From assembly GCA_002317175.1 (NCBI GenBank), contig DCJA01000036.1, forward strand, positions 99,242 through 163,241: a DNA stretch of 64,000 nt, written 5' to 3'. The notes under the pieces are model-generated. The model was not told the DNA's origin. It saw only the letters and a list, made by a program, of their open reading frames with translations, and searched no databases. This stretch comes from Lachnospiraceae bacterium UBA1712 (lineage in GTDB: Bacteria > Bacillota > Clostridia > Lachnospirales > Lachnospiraceae). The position numbers and the translations under genes were made by a program. Shown in pieces: positions 48,286-58,814 of this stretch; within the stretch, counting starts at the first letter, position 1; the number at the start of each line of letters is the position of its first letter.

Positions 48286-49875
48286 ATGATTAAGATAAAT
48301 CAGATTAAGGTTTCTTCCAAACTCCCCTTGGATAAGCATGAAGAAGAAATCACTAAAAAGCTAACCAAAAAACTTAATATTAAACAATCGGACATTAAGA
48401 GTCTGGAGATACTAAAAAGGTCTATTGATGCCAGAAAAGATGAGGTAAACTATGTTTATTCTCTGGCAATTGATGTTGCAGCATCACTACGTTTGTCTAA
48501 AAATGACCGGGATATTAGTCCTTATGAAGCTGGCAGCTATGAGTTTCCAAAATTTGATGCTTCATTGATTAAGAGCAGGCCTGTTGTAATAGGTCTTGGA
48601 CCAGCTGGCTTATTCTGTGCATATATGCTTGCAAAAAATGGATTTCGCCCCATTGTTTTGGAAAGAGGCAAATGTGTAGATGATAGGACTAAGGATGTTG
48701 AACACTTCTGGGCAACTGGAGTGCTGGATACAGAATCTAATGTGCAGTTTGGAGAAGGAGGCGCTGGAAGCTTCTCGGATGGCAAACTCAATACTCTTGT
48801 TAAGGATAAAGTTGGGAGAAATAAAGAAGTATTAAGAGTTCTTGTTGAATGTGGTGCACCAGCAGAGATTCTCTATGATAACAAACCTCATATAGGGACA
48901 GATATTCTTAAGACGGTAGTGAAGAATCTTAGCGATAAAATAAGAGAAATGGGTGGAGAGATTCACTATCAGAGTAAGGTTACTGATTTTGAAATCAATA
49001 ATAATTCAATTAGCGCAGTTTTCTGTAATGAAAAACGCTATGAGACTGATACAGTAGTACTGGCTATAGGACATAGTGCAAGAGATACATTTGAACTCCT
49101 TAAGGAGTTGGAGATTGATATTGAAGCTAAAGCTTTTGCGGTTGGCTTCAGGGTAATGCATCCACAGGATATTATTGATATTAATCAGTATGGACCTGGC
49201 TATGAAGAACTTGAGCTGCCAGTATCCAGTTATAAAGTCACATCCAATCTGGACAGGGGAGTTTATTCTTTCTGTATGTGTCCTGGTGGTTATGTGGTTA
49301 ATGCCAGTTCCGAAGAGGGACGACTGGTTGTAAATGGAATGAGTTATCATAAGCGAGATTCAAAGGTGGCCAACAGTGCAATTATTATACAGGTTACCCC
49401 AAAGGATTATGAATCTGAGGACTGCCTTGCAGGAATGTATTGGCAAAGGAAATTGGAGGAAAAAGCATATCAGCTTGCTGCTGGAAGGATTCCGCTACAA
49501 AAATATGGTGAATTCAAAGCGAAAAACAGTGGATTAAAGAACGGCGGTGCGCATTTTGAGTTAGAGCCTGCTGTTAAAGGCGGATATGAGTACTGCGATT
49601 TAGGACATATATTACCTGAAGAACTCAATAAGAATTTTATCAATGCAATGGAGTTCTTTGCTAAGAAAATAGATCATTTTAATGATGATAATGTGATTAT
49701 GGCTGGAATAGAAAGCAGGAGTTCATCACCTATAAGAATTAATCGTGATGAAACTGCCAATTCATCTGTTAAAGGTCTTTACCCCTGCGGGGAAGGGGCT
49801 GGATATGCTGGTGGCATTACATCTGCTGCCATGGATGGAATATATATTGCAGAAATGATTGCAAAAAATTTATAA
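48286..49875 (+). CDS. FAD-dependent oxidoreductase
   Basis: Motifs GLGPAGL, QFGEGGAGSFSDGKL, FCMCPGG and GEGAGYAGGITSAA. Confidence 0.85.
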   Translation: MIKINQIKVSSKLPLDKHEEEITKKLTKKLNIKQSDIKSLEILKRSIDARKDEVNYVYSLAIDVAASLRLSKNDRDISPYEAGSYEFPKFDASLIKSRPVVIGLGPAGLFCAYMLAKNGFRPIVLERGKCVDDRTKDVEHFWATGVLDTESNVQFGEGGAGSFSDGKLNTLVKDKVGRNKEVLRVLVECGAPAEILYDNKPHIGTDILKTVVKNLSDKIREMGGEIHYQSKVTDFEINNNSISAVFCNEKRYETDTVVLAIGHSARDTFELLKELEIDIEAKAFAVGFRVMHPQDIIDINQYGPGYEELELPVSSYKVTSNLDRGVYSFCMCPGGYVVNASSEEGRLVVNGMSYHKRDSKVANSAIIIQVTPKDYESEDCLAGMYWQRKLEEKAYQLAAGRIPLQKYGEFKAKNSGLKNGGAHFELEPAVKGGYEYCDLGHILPEELNKNFINAMEFFAKKIDHFNDDNVIMAGIESRSSSPIRINRDETANSSVKGLYPCGEGAGYAGGITSAAMDGIYIAEMIAKNL

Positions 49876-49884
49876 AGGAAATGA

Positions 49885-50763
49885 ATGAATATGGATTATC
49901 GTGAAGCTATTAAGGACAAAAAAAGAATTGTAATAAAGATTGGTTCTTCTTCTTTGCAGCATCCTGAAACAGGCGACCTTGATTATACCAAACTGGATGT
50001 TCTTGTCAGGGAGTTGTGCGATCTTCGCAATCAGGGCAAGGATGTTGTACTTGTAAGTTCTGGCGCCATCGCTGTAGGCAAGAAAGCTATTGGTAAGCAT
50101 GCTGTTATACTCGAGAGCAAGAAGATGGGCTTTAAGCAGGCCTGTGCGGCTATTGGCCAGGCTAAGCTTATGATGACATATCAGAAGCTATTTTCTGAAT
50201 ATAACCAGATTGCAGCACAGATACTTATGACCAAAAACATACTTACAGATGATGTTAACAGAGAGAATGCGTTTAACACATTTTCTGAGCTGCTCAATCT
50301 TGGAGTTATTCCGATAGTAAATGAAAATGATACAGTATCAACATATGAGATTCTCATGGATGAAGATGATGTACTGATTGGAGACAATGATACACTTAGT
50401 GCTATTGTTGCCAGCCTTATTCATGCCGACCTGCTTATTTTGCTTTCTGATATTGATGGCCTGTATACTGATGATCCAAGATCCAATCCTAATGCCCAAT
50501 TTATACCAGTTGTAGAGAAACTTACTTCTGAATATATGGATATGGGTAAGGAATCAACGGGTTCAAGTGTTGGAACAGGCGGAATGAATACGAAGATGAA
50601 TGCTGCCAAGATAGCTACCAGTGCAGGCGCTGATATGATAATTGCCAATAGTAAGGATATTCGCATTATTCATAGAATCATGGATGGACGTGATATAGGA
50701 ACACTATTTGTTGCTAATGAAGATCCAAGTTTTGATGCGGTGGAATTTATAAATAATAAGTAG
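49885..50763 (+). CDS. proB: Glutamate 5-kinase (short form lacking PUA domain)
   Basis: Motifs VIKIGSS, VSSGAIA, NENDTV, GDNDTLSA and GTGGMNTK. Confidence 0.93.
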   Translation: MNMDYREAIKDKKRIVIKIGSSSLQHPETGDLDYTKLDVLVRELCDLRNQGKDVVLVSSGAIAVGKKAIGKHAVILESKKMGFKQACAAIGQAKLMMTYQKLFSEYNQIAAQILMTKNILTDDVNRENAFNTFSELLNLGVIPIVNENDTVSTYEILMDEDDVLIGDNDTLSAIVASLIHADLLILLSDIDGLYTDDPRSNPNAQFIPVVEKLTSEYMDMGKESTGSSVGTGGMNTKMNAAKIATSAGADMIIANSKDIRIIHRIMDGRDIGTLFVANEDPSFDAVEFINNK

Positions 50764-50772
50764 GATACTGAT

Positions 50773-50994
50773 ATGATAATGGAAGATAAGATAGCTCGTA
50801 TTAATGAGCTGTATCACAAATCTAAAAATGAGGGACTTACACCTGAGGAAAAAGAAGAACAGGCTGTTTTAAGAAGAGAATACGTGGATGCATTCAAACG
50901 TAATCTTAGAGCTCAGCTGAATAATATTGATATTCAGAATGAAGATGGTTCAATAACAAATCTGGGTGAGAAATTTGGAAATAAAGAAATCTGA
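50773..50994 (+). CDS. DUF896/YnzC family protein
   Basis: RINELYHKSKNEGLTPEEKEEQAVLRREY motif. Confidence 0.85.
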   Translation: MIMEDKIARINELYHKSKNEGLTPEEKEEQAVLRREYVDAFKRNLRAQLNNIDIQNEDGSITNLGEKFGNKEI

Positions 50995-51544
50995 TATCCG
51001 TAAAGAAAAACTATCCATAAGAAAAAACATGCTCAGAGAACAGGTGAAAGAATATAGTGGCTGCATTGAAAAACTTCTTTTCAATTTTGATTTATATATA
51101 TGCTGCGATAATTTGTTGCTGTATTCGGATTATCGCAACGAAGTGATGACATCAGCTATATTCGAACATGCCTGCAGAGTAGGAAAGGCTGTTTTTTATC
51201 CCAAAGTAAAAGATGATATGATGGATTTTTATAAAGTGAACAGTCTTGAGGAACTTAAGCCTGGTAGTTTTGGAATCCTGGAGCCTTTAGAAACTGGTCA
51301 GCTGTTTGGTAACAGTTCTAAATGCTTAATGTTATTACCCTTGTCTGCATTTGACAGAAAGGGCGCCAGAATAGGATATGGCGGTGGCTACTATGACAGA
51401 TATCTTGAAGACAGAAGGGATATTATTAAGGTAGGGCTGGCTTATTCCTTTCAGGAAGAGGATTCTATTCCTTTGGAGAATACAGATATCAGACTGGATT
51501 ATATTATTACTGAAAAAGAAATAATAGAGGTAGATAATGACTGA
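50966..51544 (+). CDS. 5-formyltetrahydrofolate cyclo-ligase
   Basis: Motifs FGILEP, AFDRKGARIGYGGGYYDRYL and DIRLDYIITE. Confidence 0.92.
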   Translation: MRNLEIKKSDIRKEKLSIRKNMLREQVKEYSGCIEKLLFNFDLYICCDNLLLYSDYRNEVMTSAIFEHACRVGKAVFYPKVKDDMMDFYKVNSLEELKPGSFGILEPLETGQLFGNSSKCLMLLPLSAFDRKGARIGYGGGYYDRYLEDRRDIIKVGLAYSFQEEDSIPLENTDIRLDYIITEKEIIEVDND

Positions 51545-52784
51545 TTTTAAACAAATTGCAATAGATGCAAAAAAAGCTAAGGCTGTAATGAACAGACTTA
51601 CGACAGATGATAAGAATAAAGCTTTGATTAAGGCGGCAAGGGATCTGGTTGATAATACTGACAGTTTGCTGGCGGCCAACGATATTGATATTGAGAATGC
51701 CAATAAGGCAGGTATGCATGCCGGACTTGTGGATAGACTTAAGCTTACTCCACAGCGAATTGAAGCTATGGCAGAAGGAATTCGTCAGGTGGCTGCACTG
51801 CCGGATCCGGTAGGAATTAAGTTTGATGAACACAGGCATGCAAATGGAATGGTTATTGAGAAGATAAGTGTTCCATTTGGAGTTGTTGGTATTATATATG
51901 AGTCCAGACCTAATGTAACAGCCGATGCCTGGGCATTGACTTTTAAAGCTGGTAATGTTGTTGTACTTAAGGGTGGAAGCGATGCCATAGAATCCAATAA
52001 AGCTATTACTGCCTGCATTAGAAAGTCACTAAAGGAATCTGGTATTGATGAGAATTCGATAATTCTTATTACTGATACAGACAGAGCTGTTACAGCGCAG
52101 TTTATGAAGTGCAAGGACTTTGTGGATGTACTTATTCCGAGAGGTGGAGCTGGACTTATAAAGAGTGTTGTTGAGAACAGTCTTATTCCTGTAATAGAAA
52201 CAGGAACTGGAAACTGCCATATCTATATTGATGATGATTTTGATCTTGATATGGCACTTGATATTATATATAACGCAAAAACACAGAGAATTGGTGTATG
52301 TAATGCTGCAGAGAGTCTGGTTGTACATAAGGATTCGAGAGAGAAGCTTTTACCAGCTATGGAGAAGAAACTGTCAGAGAAAAATGTGGAGCTCAGAGCG
52401 GATTCTGACTCAATAGGTCAATTGACTAATGCAGTCGCAGCAACAAAAGAGGATTTTTATAAAGAATATCTGGATTATATTCTTTCTATCAAAACTGTTG
52501 CTAATGTTGATGAAGCGATTGAACATATTAATGAGCACAGTACCGGACATTCGGAGTGCATTATCAGTAATAATGAGGCTAATATTGAAAAATTCCAGAA
52601 AGAAATAGATTCAGCCTGTGTATATGCCAATGTTTCAACGAGATTTTCTGATGGTTTTGAGTTTGGACTTGGAGCTGAAATTGGTATTAGTACACAGAAA
52701 CTTCATGCCAGAGGTCCTATGGGACTTAAGGAGCTGACTACATACAAGTTTATTATTAAGGGAAATGGCCAGGTACGTCCATGA
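51537..52784 (+). CDS. proA: Gamma-glutamyl phosphate reductase
   Basis: Motifs IIYESRPNVT, IPRGG, GNCHIY and NVSTRFSDGFEFGLGAEIGISTQKLHARGPMGL. Confidence 0.95.
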   Translation: MTDFKQIAIDAKKAKAVMNRLTTDDKNKALIKAARDLVDNTDSLLAANDIDIENANKAGMHAGLVDRLKLTPQRIEAMAEGIRQVAALPDPVGIKFDEHRHANGMVIEKISVPFGVVGIIYESRPNVTADAWALTFKAGNVVVLKGGSDAIESNKAITACIRKSLKESGIDENSIILITDTDRAVTAQFMKCKDFVDVLIPRGGAGLIKSVVENSLIPVIETGTGNCHIYIDDDFDLDMALDIIYNAKTQRIGVCNAAESLVVHKDSREKLLPAMEKKLSEKNVELRADSDSIGQLTNAVAATKEDFYKEYLDYILSIKTVANVDEAIEHINEHSTGHSECIISNNEANIEKFQKEIDSACVYANVSTRFSDGFEFGLGAEIGISTQKLHARGPMGLKELTTYKFIIKGNGQVRP

Positions 52785-54190
52785 GTGAAAATAAAGAAGA
52801 ATCATTACTGCAATATGAATATATAGACAAAGTAAAACAAATTGTCCAGAAAATGACTGAAGAAAAGGGCAGGAAACCTGTTGCCTGTGTTACAACCTTT
52901 GGCTGTCAGATGAATGCTAAGGATAGCGAGAAGCTCTGCGGTATTCTTGAAGACTGTGGTTTTATTATTTCTGAAGATGAGAAGCACGCTGATTTTGTAA
53001 TCTTTAATACCTGCACTGTGAGAGATAATGCTAACCAGAAGGTATATGGACATCTGGGCATTATGCATCATATGAAAAAATCCAATAAAGACCTTAAAAT
53101 TGCTTTATGTGGCTGTATGATGCAGGAAAATACAGTGGTTGATAATCTTAAGAAGAATTACAGATATGTTGATCTGATTTTTGGAACCCATAACATTTTT
53201 AAGTTTGCGCAACTTCTCTACCGTATGTATACAGAAGATCAGATGGTCGTTGATGTGTGGGAGTCAACTGATGAAATTGTTGAGGATCTTCCTTCCGCAA
53301 GAAAGTATTCTTTCAAATCTGGAATAAATATAATGTTTGGCTGTAACAATTTCTGCTCCTACTGCATAGTTCCATATGTAAGAGGAAGGGAACGTAGCCG
53401 TAAGCCTGAGGAAATAGTAGCTGAGATTGAGAATCTTGTTAAAGATGGTGTTGTAGAGGTTATGCTTCTTGGACAGAATGTTAATTCTTACGGCAAGAAT
53501 CTTGATAATCCGATGACTTTTGCACAGTTACTGCGTGAGATAGAAAAAATAGAGGGTCTTGAAAGAATCAGATTTATGACTTCACATCCAAAGGATCTGT
53601 CTGATGAGCTGATTGAGGTAATGGCTGATTCCAGGAAAATATGCAGGCATCTGCATCTTCCGCTGCAGTCTGGATCTGATCGAATACTCAAAGCAATGAA
53701 CAGACGCTACACTAAGGAGGACTATCTTAAGCTTGTTGATAAAATCAGAAACAGAATTCCTGATATTGCACTGACTACAGATATAATTGTTGGTTTCCCT
53801 GGCGAAACTAAGGAAGATATAGATGAGACAATTGACGTTATCAAAAAGAGTGCTTATGATAACGCATTTACCTTTATTTATTCAAAGCGTACAGGTACAC
53901 CTGCTGCGGCTATGGATAATCAGTGTGATGAAAGCTTTGTAAAGGAACAGTTTGAAAGAGTTCTTAATGCTGTTCAGGAGACTGCCCGTAAAAAGGTTGG
54001 TAGTCTTGAAGGCAGTGTTGCTGAAGTGCTGGTTGAGGAAATCAATGAGCATGAGGAAGGCTATGTAACCGGCAGAATGAGCAATAATACCATGGTTCAT
54101 TTTAAGGGTGACAGTTCGCTTATAGGTAAACTGGTTAATGTAAAGCTGCTTGAGGCAAAGAATTTCTATTACTTTGGTGAAGAGGTTTAG
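52781..54190 (+). CDS. miaB: tRNA-2-methylthio-N6-dimethylallyladenosine synthase
   Basis: Motifs TFGCQMN, radical SAM CNNFCSYC, FMTSHP and DIIVGFPGET, with a TRAM-like C-terminus. Confidence 0.95.
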   Translation: MSENKEESLLQYEYIDKVKQIVQKMTEEKGRKPVACVTTFGCQMNAKDSEKLCGILEDCGFIISEDEKHADFVIFNTCTVRDNANQKVYGHLGIMHHMKKSNKDLKIALCGCMMQENTVVDNLKKNYRYVDLIFGTHNIFKFAQLLYRMYTEDQMVVDVWESTDEIVEDLPSARKYSFKSGINIMFGCNNFCSYCIVPYVRGRERSRKPEEIVAEIENLVKDGVVEVMLLGQNVNSYGKNLDNPMTFAQLLREIEKIEGLERIRFMTSHPKDLSDELIEVMADSRKICRHLHLPLQSGSDRILKAMNRRYTKEDYLKLVDKIRNRIPDIALTTDIIVGFPGETKEDIDETIDVIKKSAYDNAFTFIYSKRTGTPAAAMDNQCDESFVKEQFERVLNAVQETARKKVGSLEGSVAEVLVEEINEHEEGYVTGRMSNNTMVHFKGDSSLIGKLVNVKLLEAKNFYYFGEEV

Positions 54191-54195
54191 TAGAG

Positions 54196-56880
54196 TTGAA
54201 TATTAAAGATATTAATGTTGAACAGTTATCTCCAATGATGAAGGAGTATATAAAAACCAAGACAGAAGTGGGCAGTGACTGCCTGCTTCTTTATCGACTT
54301 GGCGATTTTTATGAGATCTTTTTTGAGGATGCTATTCTTTGCAGTAAGGAACTAGAAATCACTCTTACTGGTAAACAGTGCGGACTTGAAGAAAGAGCTC
54401 CTATGTGTGGAGTGCCTTTTCATGCAGTTGACGGCTATGTAAATAAGCTGATTAAAAAAGGATATAAGGTTGCTATCTGTGATCAGGTTGAGGATCCAAA
54501 ACTTGCCAAGGGGCTTGTTAAGCGCGAAATCACACAGATTATTACACCGGGTACTAACACTTCTACAGCTTTACTTGATGACAATCAGAACAATTATATT
54601 GTGTGTCTGTGTTCTGTAGGAGAAAAGATAGGAATAAGTATCGCTGATGTTACAACTGGGGATTTTTATCTGTCCGAGGTTGAAGGTCAGCGTGCACTTA
54701 TGGATGAACTGTATAAGTTCAATCCCAGTGAGATTATATGCAATGAAGCATTTCTTGTATCAGGAGCCAATCTCGATGAGATAAGAAACAGAATTGGCTG
54801 TGTATTATCGTCTCTGGAGCCACATTATTTTGATGATGACAGATGTGTAAATACTCTTACAAAGCATTTTAAGGTTAAGAGCATAAGCAGTCTTGGAATT
54901 AATGATTTTCCTTGTGGTGTAACTGCTGCCGGAGCCTTACTGACCTATCTTTTAGAACTGCAAAAATCAGACCTAACTCATTTTACGCATATCTATCCAT
55001 ATGTTTCATCCAAATATATGCTCATTGACAGCTCTACTAGAAGAAATCTTGAGCTTACAGAGACTATGAGGGATAAGCAGAAGCGTGGAAGTCTTATGTG
55101 GATACTGGATAAGACTAAGACAGCTATGGGAGCCAGAATGCTCAATTCCTTTGTGAAGCAGCCTCTTTTGGAGAAACAGGAGATAGAGAAGAGACTTGAT
55201 GCTGTTGAGGCACTGTGCAAGGCACCTATGGAAAGAGATGAGATTAGAGAATATCTCAATGCTGTATATGACCTTGAGAGACTTATTGGAAAGGTTAGCT
55301 ACAAATCCATTAAGCCTACTGATATGGTGGCGTTAAAGAATTCGCTGGCTGTATTGCCTTATATTAAGATGCTTGCTGCTTCAATAGACAGCGAGCTTAT
55401 GAAAGAACAAAGTGCTTTTATAGATGAACTTGGTGATATATGTAAGCTTATTGATGATGCCATATTAGAGGAGCCTTCACTTAATCTTAAAGATGGCGGA
55501 ATCATTAAGGATGGCTACAGTGAGGATATTGATAAGTTAAAAGCTGCTAAAAGAGATGGCAAACAGTGGCTGGCTGACCTTGAAGCTAACGAAAAAGAAA
55601 GAACTGGTATTACAAATCTTCGAATAAAATATAATCATGTATTTGGCTATTTCTTTGAAGTGACCAATTCCTACATAGATATGGTTCCTGATGATTTTAT
55701 CAGAAAACAGACGCTGACCAATGCAGAACGTTTCTCTACAGCAAAACTCAAGGAACTGGAAGATGTAATTCTTAACAGTGAAGACAGACTTGTTAATCTT
55801 GAATATGATTTATTCTGCAGCATTAGAGATCATATTGCCTGTCAGATAGACAGAATTCAGGAGACTGCTAAAGCCATCGCCTATATCGATGCTTTGTGTT
55901 CTCTGTCAGTTGTTGCAGAGCGTAACGATTATGTCAGACCAAAGCTCAACGAAAAAGGAGTAATTAAGATTGAAAATGGACGTCATCCGGTTGTAGAAAA
56001 GATGATAGACCATGATATGTTTATTCCTAATGATACTCTCTTAGATAACAGCAAGAATCTTATCTCAATCATTACTGGTCCTAATATGGCTGGTAAATCA
56101 ACATATATGAGACAGACTGCTCTTATTGTTCTTATGGCTCAGATTGGTTCTTTTGTACCTGCCAGCAGCGCAAACATTGGTATTGTTGATCGTATCTTTA
56201 CCAGAGTAGGTGCAAGTGATGATCTGGCCAGTGGACAGTCAACATTTATGGTAGAGATGAATGAAGTATCCAACATACTTCGTAATGCCAGCTCTAACAG
56301 TCTTCTTATCCTTGATGAGATTGGACGCGGAACATCTACTTTTGATGGCTTAAGCATTGCCTGGGCAGTGGTTGAGCATATAGCCAATACCAAGATTCTG
56401 GGAGCAAAGACGTTGTTTGCTACTCATTACCATGAGCTTACTGAACTTGAGGGCAGGATGAATAATGTAAAGAATTTCTCTATTGCTGTTAAGGAGCAGG
56501 GGGATGACATTATATTCTTGAGAAAGATAGTTAAGGGTGGAGCCGACAAGTCTTATGGTATACAGGTAGCCAAGCTTGCGGGTGTTCCTGATATGGTAAT
56601 TGACAGAGCCAAGGAGATTGTTGTCCAGCTGGTCGATAACGATATTATCGAGAAGATTCAGTCTATAGAGGTTAAAAGCAATGCTTCTAAAGCAAAGACT
56701 AAAATCGAACACCTTGATGAGGTTGATCTTAGCCAGATGTCTTTATTTGATACTGTAAAGGATGAAGATGTAGTTGAAGAACTTAAGAGCCTTGATATTA
56801 GCTCCATGACTCCGTTGGACGCCCTTAATGTTTTGTATAAGCTACAAAATAAGTTAAATAATCGTTTTTCTTTTGATTAA
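54196..56880 (+). CDS. mutS: DNA mismatch repair protein MutS
   Basis: Motifs RLGDFYEIF, TGPNMAGKSTY, SGQSTFMVEM, DEIGRGTST and FATHYHEL. Start is uncertain (TTG 54196 or ATG 54235). Confidence 0.95.
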   Translation: MNIKDINVEQLSPMMKEYIKTKTEVGSDCLLLYRLGDFYEIFFEDAILCSKELEITLTGKQCGLEERAPMCGVPFHAVDGYVNKLIKKGYKVAICDQVEDPKLAKGLVKREITQIITPGTNTSTALLDDNQNNYIVCLCSVGEKIGISIADVTTGDFYLSEVEGQRALMDELYKFNPSEIICNEAFLVSGANLDEIRNRIGCVLSSLEPHYFDDDRCVNTLTKHFKVKSISSLGINDFPCGVTAAGALLTYLLELQKSDLTHFTHIYPYVSSKYMLIDSSTRRNLELTETMRDKQKRGSLMWILDKTKTAMGARMLNSFVKQPLLEKQEIEKRLDAVEALCKAPMERDEIREYLNAVYDLERLIGKVSYKSIKPTDMVALKNSLAVLPYIKMLAASIDSELMKEQSAFIDELGDICKLIDDAILEEPSLNLKDGGIIKDGYSEDIDKLKAAKRDGKQWLADLEANEKERTGITNLRIKYNHVFGYFFEVTNSYIDMVPDDFIRKQTLTNAERFSTAKLKELEDVILNSEDRLVNLEYDLFCSIRDHIACQIDRIQETAKAIAYIDALCSLSVVAERNDYVRPKLNEKGVIKIENGRHPVVEKMIDHDMFIPNDTLLDNSKNLISIITGPNMAGKSTYMRQTALIVLMAQIGSFVPASSANIGIVDRIFTRVGASDDLASGQSTFMVEMNEVSNILRNASSNSLLILDEIGRGTSTFDGLSIAWAVVEHIANTKILGAKTLFATHYHELTELEGRMNNVKNFSIAVKEQGDDIIFLRKIVKGGADKSYGIQVAKLAGVPDMVIDRAKEIVVQLVDNDIIEKIQSIEVKSNASKAKTKIEHLDEVDLSQMSLFDTVKDEDVVEELKSLDISSMTPLDALNVLYKLQNKLNNRFSFD

Positions 56881-56888
56881 GGAGAATT

Positions 56889-58814
56889 ATGCCTACAATT
56901 GAACTTTTAAGTGAAGAGACAATTGACAAGATTGCAGCTGGTGAAGTGGTTGAAAGACCTGCCAGTATAGTAAAGGAACTGGTTGAGAATGCCATTGATG
57001 CAGGTGCCAGTTCTATTACTGTGGAAATAAAGGAGGGTGGAATATCCTTTATCAGAGTAACTGATAATGGTATTGGTATTCCGAAAGAGCAGATAAAAAA
57101 AGCATTTTTCAGACATGCTACCAGCAAAATCAGGTCTGTGTCAGATCTGGATACTGTTCTTAGCCTTGGTTTCAGAGGCGAAGCTCTGTCAAGCATTGCA
57201 GCCATAGCACAGGTTGAGATTATGACTAAAACAAAGGATGAACTTGTTGGCTGTAGATACGTTATTGAAGGAGCACAGGAAAAAGAATTCAGTGATATAG
57301 GTATACCTAATGGTACGACTATTATTATTAGAAATGTGTTCTTCAATACTCCAGTCAGAAGAAAGTTCTTAAAAACTGCCTCTACTGAAGCGGGTTATAT
57401 AAGTGATGTATGTGAACATCTTGCTCTGTCTTCGCCCAATATTGCATTTAAATTCATCAATGCAGGCCAGATGCGCTTTAATACATCAGGCGATGGTGAT
57501 CTGAAGGAAGTTATATACAGAATATATGGTAAGGAAGTGGCCTCTCAGCTGATTGCGGTAAACAGAGAGAGTCATGACATAAAGATACATGGTTATTTGG
57601 GAAAGCCTATTCTTAACAGAGCGAACAGGAATTTTGAAAAATTCTTTGTTAATGGACGTTTTGTTAAGAGTAATCTTGTAAGCAATGCGGTTGAGACTGG
57701 CTACAAGCAGTATCTTATGCAGCATAAGTTTCCTTTTGCTGTTTTAAATCTTGATATTAATACTGCTTCGCTGGATGTCAATGTACATCCAACTAAGATG
57801 GAAATCAGATTCAACAATGAGGAATATATATCAGATTTTGTTGAGACTACCATTAGCAGTACTCTTAAAGTAAATGAGATGATTCCTGATGTGATTCTTC
57901 AGGAGGAAGAAAAGACAGTAGTTAAGCCTGAGCGAATAAAAGGGCCTGAGCCATTTGAGTTTCAGAGAAAAAATGATATCAAAGAGTTTTGTGAAGCAAA
58001 TTCGGTACAGGCATCAGTCGATAAAGTAATAGAATCAACATTTGAAATAGATTTTGAGAAAAATACTGTTGAAGAAGAGTTTGTGTATAGTGCGGATAGT
58101 AAGCTTTTGGGAGATAACTCTGTAATGGATGCTCCTGTAAGCAATGTCATAAAGGCACATGATGTTGTGTATGCTACTAATCCTATACAGTTAAATCTTT
58201 TTGAAGAGAAGATAATCTCTCAGGATAATCTGGAAAAGTATAAAATAATTGGACAGGTTTTTGATACATACTGGATGTTCTCGTATGAGGATAAACTGCT
58301 CATTATGGACCAGCATGCGGCTCATGAAAAAATAAAATATGAGCGTATAATGGATAAGCTTAAGAATAAAGAACACAATTCGCAAGCACTTAATCCTCCG
58401 ATTATTATATCTGTATCTGCCAGTGAGATGAATATACTGGAAAGCTTTAAAGAGAATTTTGAGGCTATTGGATATGAATATGATGATTTTGGTGGAAATG
58501 AGATAGCTATCAGAAGCGTTCCAAATGATCTGTATGGTCTGAATGAAAAGGAAGTATTTCTTGAGATGCTTGATGATATCTCTGAAACAGGACTTTCGAA
58601 GAATGCTGTTTTTGATGTGCTCAATGATAAAATAGCCAGCATGGCCTGCAAATCAGCAGTAAAAGGTAATACTACAATGACAATTGAAGAGGCTAATGCA
58701 TTATTAAAAGAACTAATGACTCTGGAGAATCCATATAATTGTCCTCATGGAAGACCTACAATTGTCACTATGAGCAAATATGAAATGGATAAAAAGTTTA
58801 AACGAATAGTATGA
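56889..58814 (+). CDS. mutL: DNA mismatch repair endonuclease MutL
   Basis: Motifs IAAGEVVERP, GFRGEAL, endonuclease DQHAAHE, ACK and CPHGRP. Confidence 0.96.
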   Translation: MPTIELLSEETIDKIAAGEVVERPASIVKELVENAIDAGASSITVEIKEGGISFIRVTDNGIGIPKEQIKKAFFRHATSKIRSVSDLDTVLSLGFRGEALSSIAAIAQVEIMTKTKDELVGCRYVIEGAQEKEFSDIGIPNGTTIIIRNVFFNTPVRRKFLKTASTEAGYISDVCEHLALSSPNIAFKFINAGQMRFNTSGDGDLKEVIYRIYGKEVASQLIAVNRESHDIKIHGYLGKPILNRANRNFEKFFVNGRFVKSNLVSNAVETGYKQYLMQHKFPFAVLNLDINTASLDVNVHPTKMEIRFNNEEYISDFVETTISSTLKVNEMIPDVILQEEEKTVVKPERIKGPEPFEFQRKNDIKEFCEANSVQASVDKVIESTFEIDFEKNTVEEEFVYSADSKLLGDNSVMDAPVSNVIKAHDVVYATNPIQLNLFEEKIISQDNLEKYKIIGQVFDTYWMFSYEDKLLIMDQHAAHEKIKYERIMDKLKNKEHNSQALNPPIIISVSASEMNILESFKENFEAIGYEYDDFGGNEIAIRSVPNDLYGLNEKEVFLEMLDDISETGLSKNAVFDVLNDKIASMACKSAVKGNTTMTIEEANALLKELMTLENPYNCPHGRPTIVTMSKYEMDKKFKRIV

